64,000 nucleotides of DNA, from positions 192,001 to 256,000 of the IMG/VR virus record IMGVR_UViG_3300045988_155520. One strand, written 5' to 3'. Both the position numbers and the translations under genes were made by a program. The notes below the pieces were generated by a model. It did not search any database. It worked only from the letters and a program-made list of their open reading frames with translations, and was not told where the DNA came from. Positions within the stretch are counted from its first letter, which is position 1, and each line of letters begins with the position of its first letter. This document shows positions 34,990-42,310 of the stretch, piece after piece. Source of the DNA: a virus.

Positions 34990-35125
34990 AGATTTTATAT
35001 TTTAATATTAATTTAACACTTGATAGAATATTTGCTTTGTAAGACGTTAAAACAAACTATCTATATAAGTTATCAGATAAAACAAAAGAACTCTTTAGAA
35101 ACGAAATAAAGTGCATAAAACAAAA

Positions 35126-35160
35126 AATCTACCATGACTTATCACAAGCAATGGTAGATT
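35126..35160 (-). terminator. terminator hairpin with conserved loop (copy 4 of 5)
   Basis: Stem AATCTACCAT/ATGGTAGATT, loop GACTTATCACAAGCA. Confidence 0.8.
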
Positions 35161-35212
35161 ATGAAAAACATTGACTAACTAACCAACTAAATTATTTTCT
35201 ATTGTATTTTTT

Positions 35213-35563
35213 TTAATCAAAATATATCCTATCAACTAAAGACAAAACGTCTTCCATGTGCATAGCATCAATATTTACCCACTTATCACACTTCTGTCCA
35301 TTTTCGACAACAACATGACCTTCAAAACTTGTAAAGTAATCAGTTTTATTGCTTCTTACTTTGTCGATATATAATAGCGAACAAGTTTTATTAATAGCTG
35401 TGCCTTGTAAAAGATAACACTTGAAAGGGTAGTTATTATTCAACACAGAAACACCTTCTTGTCCATACTTTTCAATTTCAGTTTTAACTTCATCAAAACA
35501 TTCACGATAGTAATTAGAAATATCGTCTAAATATCCCTTGATAATAGCTTGATTGTTTGTCAT
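35213..35563 (-). CDS. hypothetical protein, paralog of 35569-35922
   Basis: CDKWVNIDAMHMEDVLSLVDRIYF versus CDEWIAINDFDIETAFGIIGCIKF. Confidence 0.7.
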   Translation of the reverse strand: MTNNQAIIKGYLDDISNYYRECFDEVKTEIEKYGQEGVSVLNNNYPFKCYLLQGTAINKTCSLLYIDKVRSNKTDYFTSFEGHVVVENGQKCDKWVNIDAMHMEDVLSLVDRIYFD

Positions 35564-35568
35564 AACGT

Positions 35569-35922
35569 TTACTTGCTTTGTTCAAATTTAATACAACCAA
35601 TAATACCAAATGCTGTTTCAATGTCAAAATCATTGATTGCTATCCACTCATCGCACACTTCATGGTTATTAGTTACCACGTGTACTTCAAGTATCGGTTC
35701 GGGCAATACACTATCAGCGACACGAATAGCGTTAATCTCGTAACGTACAGATTCGCAATCATCGTAAACAGCGTCCGCAACATAATTCTCATCGTCCCAA
35801 ACAACAGGTAAACCCTTCTCTCCAAATGGTTTCAAATAATTTACAACATAAGCAATTGTCATGTTATATCGGTTATATGTTTCATACATTAACCTATCAA
35901 ATTCTTTTTGAAATTCTTTCAT
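35569..35922 (-). CDS. hypothetical protein, paralog of 35213-35563
   Basis: 117-aa ORF with CATAATTCTAAATG context. Confidence 0.7.
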   Translation of the reverse strand: MKEFQKEFDRLMYETYNRYNMTIAYVVNYLKPFGEKGLPVVWDDENYVADAVYDDCESVRYEINAIRVADSVLPEPILEVHVVTNNHEVCDEWIAINDFDIETAFGIIGCIKFEQSK

Positions 35923-35946
35923 AATTCTAAATGATTATTAGTTTGT

Positions 35947-36120
35947 TTATTCAATTTCAATATCGGTAAATTCAGTGTCAACTACTCTCATACCTTCAAT
36001 CTCATCAGCTGTTACTGAATAAGTACATTCTGTACCAAATGTATCTAATAACTCTTCTTCTGTCATGTTTTCGTCATGTTCAACCAAAACACTAATTGTT
36101 AATTGTAGTCTTGTTTTCAT
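35947..36120 (-). CDS. small acidic protein (57 aa)
   Basis: ATG 36120-36118 (CATAATTCC) to stop 35949-35947: MKTRLQLTISVLVEHDENMTEEELLDTFGTECTYSVTADEIEGMRVVDTEFTDIEIE. Promoter lies 40 nt upstream. Below the track cutoff. Confidence 0.6.
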   Translation of the reverse strand: MKTRLQLTISVLVEHDENMTEEELLDTFGTECTYSVTADEIEGMRVVDTEFTDIEIE

Positions 36121-36159
36121 AATTCCTTTTTGTTTGTTTGTTTGTTAATTGATTTGTAG

Positions 36160-36194
36160 TGCAAAGGTAATGAAATAAATTGAAACTACAAAAT
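36160..36194 (-). promoter_or_regulatory. Bacteroidota-type promoter
   Basis: rc -7 TGCAAAG at 36160-36166 and rc -33 TACAAAA at 36187-36193. Confidence 0.7.
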
Positions 36195-36213
36195 ATTCCA
36201 TTACTATTAACAT

Positions 36214-36531
36214 TTATTTAACACTAATAAAGTTTTTGTTCTTATTGAATTGATTAAAAACATCAACACAAATTGTCATTTCGCTATATACGTTGTCTAC
36301 ATACATAGTCCTTGCCCATTCTTTTGCCTCCTCTAAAGTTGGAAAACTATTAGTAGGTGTCCTATCATCATATTCCCTATAGAAATCATAACAAGTTTTA
36401 TTTAAGTAAGAAGATTTACTAATTTTGCATATTCCTTCACTTGTTACGGCTAATAAATCACCTTCCATTTCAAACCATTCAAGACAAACAGACTTGGCTG
36501 CAATCTGACTTATGTTAATCTCTTTTTCCAT
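36214..36531 (-). CDS. hypothetical protein
   Basis: 105-aa ORF, 10 nt after the upstream gene. Confidence 0.7.
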   Translation of the reverse strand: MEKEINISQIAAKSVCLEWFEMEGDLLAVTSEGICKISKSSYLNKTCYDFYREYDDRTPTNSFPTLEEAKEWARTMYVDNVYSEMTICVDVFNQFNKNKNFISVK

Positions 36532-36541
36532 AGGTAATTTA

Positions 36542-36790
36542 TTATAAATTCATTTCATATACTGCCTTCATGTTTCCTATCTTATTAATCTCAACATGAC
36601 AAGATTTATCAGACTTCTTACAATAGTAAACGTCCTCCGCTATTGAAGATGCACAATTTTCCAAATAACTCTTATCATTATTGAATGTAAGAAATTTTCT
36701 CGCAAGTTCCAAACCGCTATAAGTGCCGTTCTCTATTTCCTTTGCGTGTTCTCTAATTGATAGAATAGGGTTTATATATACATTATTCAT
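36542..36790 (-). CDS. hypothetical protein
   Basis: 82-aa ORF. Confidence 0.65.
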   Translation of the reverse strand: MNNVYINPILSIREHAKEIENGTYSGLELARKFLTFNNDKSYLENCASSIAEDVYYCKKSDKSCHVEINKIGNMKAVYEMNL

Positions 36791-36823
36791 ATTTCTAAAT
36801 TTAATATATGTTAAAAAAATATG

Positions 36824-37426
36824 TTAACAATCTCCAATCATAGGAGGACATATTAAATCAAATAATTGTTCCTCAACAACCTTCTTGAAAATATGATATA
36901 ACATAATTTGGTCTTTTAATCGTAATTGATTTATATATATCCATTTGTCACTAACCTTATCATAGAACCTTATTGAACCATTATCACATACAACCTTTGT
37001 AAAAGTGAAATGTCCATTTACATTTGGTATGGTACGAACATTCTCATTAGCAATAATTTCATTATTATTTAAAGCTAAGAAAGTTGCAAACTTGTCAATT
37101 ATTTTCTGAGACAAATCACTTTCTTCCTCGCTTAATTCATAAATTGTTTCAGTCAATGAAATAGCCTTATAGATATGATTTAAACCATGTTCACTTGATA
37201 AATCAGACATAGGGATAAATTTATTATCCAAACAATCAAGTCTATTAACGCAATGGAAATAAATATCGCCCTTACTAAGTACAATGTTGCATACATCATA
37301 CTCTTCAATATCTTTTCTAACAATAGGACAATTATTAACGAATGAAATATTATTACGATATTTCTTTTGCATATACATACGCAAATTATTTACATCACTC
37401 TCGCTAAATTTTAATAATTTACTCAT
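36824..37426 (-). CDS. hypothetical protein
   Basis: 200-aa ORF with CATAATTCTTAATTTG context. Confidence 0.75.
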   Translation of the reverse strand: MSKLLKFSESDVNNLRMYMQKKYRNNISFVNNCPIVRKDIEEYDVCNIVLSKGDIYFHCVNRLDCLDNKFIPMSDLSSEHGLNHIYKAISLTETIYELSEEESDLSQKIIDKFATFLALNNNEIIANENVRTIPNVNGHFTFTKVVCDNGSIRFYDKVSDKWIYINQLRLKDQIMLYHIFKKVVEEQLFDLICPPMIGDC

Positions 37427-37455
37427 AATTCTTAATTTGTTTTATTGATTTACAA

Positions 37456-37490
37456 TGCAAAAGTAGGAAATTAATTTGATATACACAAAT
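37456..37490 (-). promoter_or_regulatory. Bacteroidota-type promoter
   Basis: rc -7 TGCAAAAG at 37456-37463 and rc -33 CACAAA at 37484-37489. Confidence 0.7.
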
Positions 37491-37520
37491 AATCCCTTAC
37501 TTTTAACTAAAATTTAACGT

Positions 37521-38171
37521 TTACATACTAATATAAAGGTTTTTATTCTCACCACCTTCTGTGAGGATATAGAAGTGTCTACATATCGTAATTTTATCTT
37601 CAAAGGTAAGTTCATTGAAGTTGATATATGTTTCACTTGCATTGTCATATGCAAACATTTCCCCTTCTTTAAATTTAATTTCGGTAAATTCATACCAAAG
37701 TTTCCCAAACTCATCATCAAAACCTTTTTTAATAAAACATGGTTCTAACTCGTTGTCAGTATCGGAAATTACATTACCAAACATTTCAAACATTCGTAAG
37801 AAATTATTTTCCAAAGCCGTTGTAATGAATTTAAAATTACGGAATACCATAGAAAGTGTATCATCTGTAAAGCCTATATGTTCATAAATAATAAGTTCTC
37901 CTTCATTATAGGAACTTAAAACATTTTCAATAGGTAATGAACAAATTTCACCATGTTCTGTTGTACCACTAACCATTAACTTATTGTTAATAAGTGTTAA
38001 TTCCTTAACATCTAAAGTAACAATAGAATTTGTATCTTCTTTGTCCTTGCTTGGAATAACAAATTTAACTTGTGGATATGGTGCCGTCAAAAAATATGTT
38101 GAATTATTCTTTTTCAACATAGAAATTACTTCATTTCTCTTTCTCTCTACTAAATTTGTATAAGCACTCAT
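37521..38171 (-). CDS. hypothetical protein (N-terminus resembles 32871-33512)
   Basis: 216-aa ORF with CATAATTCTTATATT context. Confidence 0.75.
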   Translation of the reverse strand: MSAYTNLVERKRNEVISMLKKNNSTYFLTAPYPQVKFVIPSKDKEDTNSIVTLDVKELTLINNKLMVSGTTEHGEICSLPIENVLSSYNEGELIIYEHIGFTDDTLSMVFRNFKFITTALENNFLRMFEMFGNVISDTDNELEPCFIKKGFDDEFGKLWYEFTEIKFKEGEMFAYDNASETYINFNELTFEDKITICRHFYILTEGGENKNLYISM

Positions 38172-38210
38172 AATTCTTATATTTTAATTTGTTTATAATT
38201 GAATTGTGGG

Positions 38211-38245
38211 TGCAAAGATAAAAAAATAACTTGAATTATACAAAT
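38211..38245 (-). promoter_or_regulatory. Bacteroidota-type promoter
   Basis: rc -7 TGCAAAG at 38211-38217 and rc -33 TACAAA at 38239-38244. Confidence 0.7.
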
Positions 38246-38266
38246 AATCCAAGTTAATAAAAGTTA

Positions 38267-38361
38267 ATTACCTTGCGGTAAAGTGTTACAAACATCACAA
38301 AAATTGGTGCGATAGTAATAGATACGTTGTGATTACCTTTCGGTATTATATTACAAACATC
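38267..38361. repeat. two copies of a 30-bp direct repeat, 65-bp period
   Basis: ATTACCTTGCGGTAAAGTGTTACAAACATC (38267-38296) and ATTACCTTTCGGTATTATATTACAAACATC (38332-38361) match at 25 of 30 positions. Confidence 0.8.
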
Positions 38362-38366
38362 TTTAT

Positions 38367-38531
38367 TTATTTTCTCTTTGGTTTATTCTTTTTCCTTCTA
38401 TTACGCTTATTGCTGTACGGTGTTGACCCACTTCTATTTTTACCTTCCGACTTAAATTTCCTAAGCATATAATCATGCAAATAGTCAGTAGTTGGTTTTA
38501 ACTCCCAAGCAATACTTCTAAAATCTTCCAT
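38367..38531 (-). CDS. small protein with a highly basic tail (54 aa)
   Basis: ATG 38531-38529 to stop 38369-38367: MEDFRSIAWELKPTTDYLHDYMLRKFKSEGKNRSGSTPYSNKRNRRKKNKPKRK. Promoter lies 27 nt upstream. Below the track cutoff. Confidence 0.5.
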   Translation of the reverse strand: MEDFRSIAWELKPTTDYLHDYMLRKFKSEGKNRSGSTPYSNKRNRRKKNKPKRK

Positions 38532-38557
38532 ATTTTCTAAATGTTTTGATAATTTGC

Positions 38558-38592
38558 CACAAAGATAGATAATATTTTTAACATAACCAAAT
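38558..38592 (-). promoter_or_regulatory. Bacteroidota-type promoter
   Basis: rc -7 CACAAAG at 38558-38564 and rc -33 ACCAAA at 38586-38591. Confidence 0.6.
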
Positions 38593-38637
38593 AATACATA
38601 GCATTTAACTATAATTTAACATCCTATGTACTACTTT

Positions 38638-38653
38638 GTACTTATTTAAGTAT
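38638..38653. promoter_or_regulatory. 16-bp palindrome copy (GTACTTATTTAAGTAT)
   Basis: Overlaps the stop of 38646-39398. Lies upstream of the GTTAA element and the promoter at 38558-38592. Confidence 0.7.
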
Positions 38654-39398
38654 GACTCTCTATGTTATTATACATTTCTTCTACATATTTAATAACTCTT
38701 TCGTACTCTTGTCCGCTTAACTTACTATCTTCATAAGCCTTCTTGATAAGTTCCTCACTTGTACCATAGAAACAACCTACCTTCCACTTCTTATTTGAAC
38801 GTGTATAAACAAAGTAACGACCACTACTCCATGTATTCTTTCCAACATAGTAGTCAGTAATTGATTTTATTTCAGCGTCTCCACATATATGAATGTTCCC
38901 GTATATTTCAGTGTAACCATGAACTTTAACATTATCATAAATTTGTACATCATTGAATATATAAGCATTTCCATAAATATATGCACATCCAAATACCTTT
39001 ACATTGTTATAAATTTGTGCGTTATTAGAAATTCTTGCATTATCAAAAATGTGTGCATTATCATATACTGAAACATCATTTTGTAAAATTGCGCAATCTT
39101 GTATTTTTGAATTACCTCCTACTTCTGCATTGTCAGTAACAATAGCATATCCAAATACCTTCGCATTGCCACAAACTATAGCTTTTCCACTGACATGAGC
39201 ATTCTGAAATACCATTGCTTCATCATACACCCAACATGTTCCTCTTTGAGATAGATTTTCTTCTTTCTCAATCCATCCCCCTAAATCACCCTTCTTGATT
39301 TGATAAAAATCTCTTAGTGCTTCTATTCTATAAAGGGTAATGCCATTGAACTCCTTTGAAATATCAGTTCTAATTTTATACTTGTTTATCGCATTCAT
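38646..39398 (-). CDS. beta-helix-like repeat protein (family BH, 3 of 4)
   Basis: KYKIRTDISKEFNGITLYRIEALRDFYQIKKGDLGGWIEKEENLSQRGTCW plus GNAxV/DNAxI repeats. C-terminus DYYVGKNTWSSGRYFVYTRSNKKWKVGCFYGTSEELIKKAYEDS is nearly identical to that of 29385-30119. Confidence 0.8.
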   Translation of the reverse strand: MNAINKYKIRTDISKEFNGITLYRIEALRDFYQIKKGDLGGWIEKEENLSQRGTCWVYDEAMVFQNAHVSGKAIVCGNAKVFGYAIVTDNAEVGGNSKIQDCAILQNDVSVYDNAHIFDNARISNNAQIYNNVKVFGCAYIYGNAYIFNDVQIYDNVKVHGYTEIYGNIHICGDAEIKSITDYYVGKNTWSSGRYFVYTRSNKKWKVGCFYGTSEELIKKAYEDSKLSGQEYERVIKYVEEMYNNIESHT

Positions 39399-39407
39399 GT
39401 TCTATTT

Positions 39408-39423
39408 GTACTTATTTAAGTAT
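39408..39423. promoter_or_regulatory. 16-bp palindrome copy (GTACTTATTTAAGTAT)
   Basis: Fills the 30-nt gap between 39429-39872 and 38646-39398, 9 nt upstream of ATG 39398. Confidence 0.7.
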
Positions 39424-39428
39424 GGTTA

Positions 39429-39872
39429 TTATACTAATTCAGTATGTTCTAAAATATCATTTCCTCCAACTCTTGCAAAACCTGCAATTTTAGAATGACC
39501 TAAAACTTTAGCATTATGACATACCCATGCATCTCCGTACACTTCTGCGTAATCAAATACTTCTGCGTTATCACTTATATACGCATTTTCACATAGATTA
39601 GCATTACCATATACTCGGACCTCATTAAACAATCTTGCTTTATCACGAACTTTAGCATTGTCAAATACTTTGGCATTCTCACGGACGAAGGCATTACCAT
39701 ATACCCAACAGTCGCCTTCTTGAGATAGATTTTCCCCTTTCTCAATCCAACCACCAATATCTCCCTTTTTTACATCACTAAAGTCCTTTAACGCTTCAAT
39801 ACGATAAAGGGTAATACCACCATCAAGTTTTAATGACATATCTTCTCTAATTCTGTATTTCTTTTCTTCCAT
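39429..39872 (-). CDS. beta-helix-like repeat protein, C-terminally short (family BH, 4 of 4)
   Basis: Start taken at MEEKKYRIREDM (ATG 39872), parallel to the paralogs. Lacks the DYYVGKN...YTR C-terminal domain. Confidence 0.7.
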   Translation of the reverse strand: MEEKKYRIREDMSLKLDGGITLYRIEALKDFSDVKKGDIGGWIEKGENLSQEGDCWVYGNAFVRENAKVFDNAKVRDKARLFNEVRVYGNANLCENAYISDNAEVFDYAEVYGDAWVCHNAKVLGHSKIAGFARVGGNDILEHTELV

Positions 39873-40053
39873 AATTTCATTTATAATTGAATGATACAAA
39901 ATTACAAAGAAAAAATCAATTATCCAAATTAATTAATTATGTTTAACAAACTTATTTATTTTCGTTTTAAGAAGCTTTATTCAACCAAACATATAAATTT
40001 ATAGTCTACATTCCGAAATACTCTCACAGGTGCTTAAAATAGTAAAATCTTTA

Positions 40054-40077
40054 AATATGTACGCATGTGTATATTAT
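40054..40077. repeat. intergenic-block core, orientation A (short)
   Basis: ATATGTACGCATGTGTATATTATG. Confidence 0.5.
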
Positions 40078-40147
40078 GCCAACACTTATATAGAACTTGT
40101 GTAACTGTTAAAAAATACTTATCATATAAAATTAATGGACCAAATAT

Positions 40148-40180
40148 TTTGTCAATTAAAAGAAATGTCTTACCTTTGCA
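40148..40180 (+). promoter_or_regulatory. Bacteroidota-type promoter (forward)
   Basis: TTTG at 40148-40151 and TAccTTTG at 40171-40178. Confidence 0.65.
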
Positions 40181-40258
40181 TTGTGATTGAGAAAAACAGG
40201 TACTCTTTCACATATCCGACAGGAATGGTTCCTTTCTGGATACATACACACACTACCT

Positions 40259-40274
40259 GTACTTATTTAAGTAT
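40259..40274. promoter_or_regulatory. 16-bp palindrome copy (GTACTTATTTAAGTAT) abutting a start codon
   Basis: Its last two bases are the AT of ATG 40273. Confidence 0.7.
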
Positions 40275-40590
40275 GATAAATCGTTGTAAATCAACAAAGG
40301 TGTCTTATATTCAGTCACCTGAAAATATTGATAATGTAGAACTTAATGGAGATTATAAGCAGGAGGTTTATATTGATTTAACCAAGGAACAACTGGAAGC
40401 TTACAACCTTCATGTCAGAGAGTTCGAAAAAGAAAAATTGAACGGGTTGGATACTCATTCAATATTAAAGGAAGGTGTCAATAATTTGGATTCAAATGGA
40501 CTCCTTCAGATATTGTTCTATTTCAATGTTGAAACCGATGAACAATTCAAAGTATATAGAAATACAATTGTTCAAGTAAGTGTTTCTTAA
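40273..40590 (+). CDS. hypothetical protein
   Basis: Start moved to ATG 40273 (MINRCKSTKVSY...) because the track ORF (from 40135) would contain its own promoter at 40148-40180. Confidence 0.55.
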   Translation: MINRCKSTKVSYIQSPENIDNVELNGDYKQEVYIDLTKEQLEAYNLHVREFEKEKLNGLDTHSILKEGVNNLDSNGLLQILFYFNVETDEQFKVYRNTIVQVSVS

Positions 40591-40669
40591 AAGGAGGTAT
40601 TAGGTTAATAAAGATTTTGAATGAAGTTTTTTCATAGTTTAAAATTAAGTTATTATTTATTATAGTGGA

Positions 40670-40711
40670 GTGCACGATGAAGGACTAAAGCGTTAGAACA
40701 CCCACGTGCAC
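40670..40711. repeat. compact version of the intergenic block inside an inverted repeat
   Basis: GTGCACG-ATGAAGGACTAAAGCGTTAGAACACC-CACGTGCAC. Confidence 0.55.
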
Positions 40712-40758
40712 AGAAGCTATAAAACGTTATTAAACCACTTTTACAGGGGTATTAAAGT

Positions 40759-40774
40759 GTACTTATTTAAGTCA
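40759..40774. promoter_or_regulatory. 16-bp palindrome copy (GTACTTATTTAAGTCA)
   Basis: In non-coding DNA. Confidence 0.65.
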
Positions 40775-41333
40775 GACACAGAAAGCATCATCACATTGTA
40801 CGATGCTAATTATTAAAAATGACTCACTTTAATTCCTGAAATATATCCAACATAAACAAGAAGTATCTCGAAATAGGTCGCATGATACGCAGATTAAACA
40901 TGGATGATGTGTCAAGTAATCCTTTACAGATGGTACATTATATGGTATATTATACCAAGGGTGTGAATTATATATAAACATATAAATATATATTCTTCTC
41001 TACTACTCTGATGATTACTATCAACAAATACATATAATATAAGGTTATACAGAACAGACATGCAAGCAGAGATAATGTATACATACTATATATGATACGA
41101 TAATGATATAAGATACTACATCCATCATAACATGATACATATATCTTCTGTTCCAAATTAGAACACATGCTTATATGATAAGATACAAATACGATTAATA
41201 ATAGGATATAAAGATTATATATACTATCAAGATGAGAATAATAGATACAATATAAAGAAGAAAAGATATAAAAAGTATATGCAATAAAGATATAAATAAT
41301 AAGCCTTCAATCTACAGAATTTTTGAGGCGTAT

Positions 41334-41349
41334 GTACTTAATTAAGTAT
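41334..41349. promoter_or_regulatory. 16-bp palindrome copy (GTACTTAATTAAGTAT)
   Basis: In non-coding DNA. About 55 nt downstream on + is the hairpin 41405-41434 followed by CTTTTATT. Confidence 0.65.
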
Positions 41350-41404
41350 GGACTTTATGTAAAAGAAAAATATAACCACTATATAAAACGAGAATGTAAA
41401 TGCT

Positions 41405-41434
41405 AAGGGGTGTCCTAATTACGGAACATCCCTT
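41405..41434 (+). terminator. hairpin + T-tract in non-coding DNA
   Basis: AAGGGGTGT pairs with ACATCCCTT (one wobble), followed by CTTTTATT. Confidence 0.45.
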
Positions 41435-41688
41435 CTTTTATTATATCAATTTTCTTATTATAATATGATGCAGTACGTGCCAGTATGGGTGGGCAGGTAG
41501 GCGGTTGTGTACCATAATGTGTACACGAGGTGGGTGGGATGGTAGATAGAAAACTTGCATAAATATTGCATATGAGTTAAACACTATGAAAGACATTTAA
41601 ACAATAATTTACAAATTATAGATTGTTAAATGAATTAACATAATGTATCTTTTATCCTTCTTTTTCTACGTAATTTTTGGGCAAGTAT

Positions 41689-41704
41689 GTACTTATATAA
41701 GTAT
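41689..41704. promoter_or_regulatory. 16-bp palindrome copy (GTACTTATATAAGTAT)
   Basis: In non-coding DNA. Confidence 0.65.
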
Positions 41705-42040
41705 AACTTATTGATTATCAAGTAATATACAGTTTTCTGTATATTGTTAATTAGTGTTTATGTATATAGTAGTCTGTTTATCATAATAATATGTTATCTA
41801 ATATAATAATCTAAATCAAATAGTTCAATTAACAAATCTAAACCATATTCATGCATAAAACAAAATCCTTTCATTCCTCTAATATATTAACTAAAAACCG
41901 CACAATGGGAGTAACAACAACCACTGTGCGGAACAACAAAATAAAACAATAAAAAATTAAAATTATACAGATTAATTAAATTTCAACTATTGTCAACAAA
42001 ATTCCAATACCTAATGACAAAATAGATAAAAGCATCATGT

Positions 42041-42154
42041 TTAGGAAAAAATTCTTTGCATCATCTGTATCCATTCCTGTTCTAATATATATCCCATCAA
42101 TGAAAATGCCATTAAACAACATAATAAAGCACAAAAAATAAATAACAAATTCAT
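42041..42154 (-). CDS. small hydrophobic peptide (37 aa)
   Basis: ATG 42154-42152, MNLLFIFCALLCCLMAFSLMGYILEQEWIQMMQRIFS, 25 nt downstream of the promoter at 42179-42213. Confidence 0.35.
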   Translation of the reverse strand: MNLLFIFCALLCCLMAFSLMGYILEQEWIQMMQRIFS

Positions 42155-42178
42155 AATGTATATCTTTTTAAAACTGTT

Positions 42179-42213
42179 TGCAAAGATAAAGAATAAATCT
42201 TGTTGTACCAAAT
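42179..42213 (-). promoter_or_regulatory. Bacteroidota-type promoter (divergent pair with 42247-42283)
   Basis: rc -7 TGCAAAG at 42179-42185 and rc -33 ACCAAA at 42207-42212. Confidence 0.7.
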
Positions 42214-42246
42214 AAACAGAATAATATTATTAACTTTTAACACAAA

Positions 42247-42283
42247 ATTGTTGGATATATGAAAATTATAATATAACTTTGCA
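42247..42283 (+). promoter_or_regulatory. Bacteroidota-type promoter for the forward module
   Basis: ATTG at 42247-42250 (imperfect -33) and TAacTTTG at 42274-42281. Confidence 0.55.
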
Positions 42284-42310
42284 CCATATTAAAATAAAAA
42301 GAATAAATAT

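Noticed and set aside
39903-39928. TACAAAG...TCCAAA upstream of 39429-39872 as a standard promoter
   Set aside because: The spacing between the two boxes is ~21 nt on this strand, versus ~29 nt in all other copies, so the -33/-7 geometry does not fit. The gene may instead use another signal.
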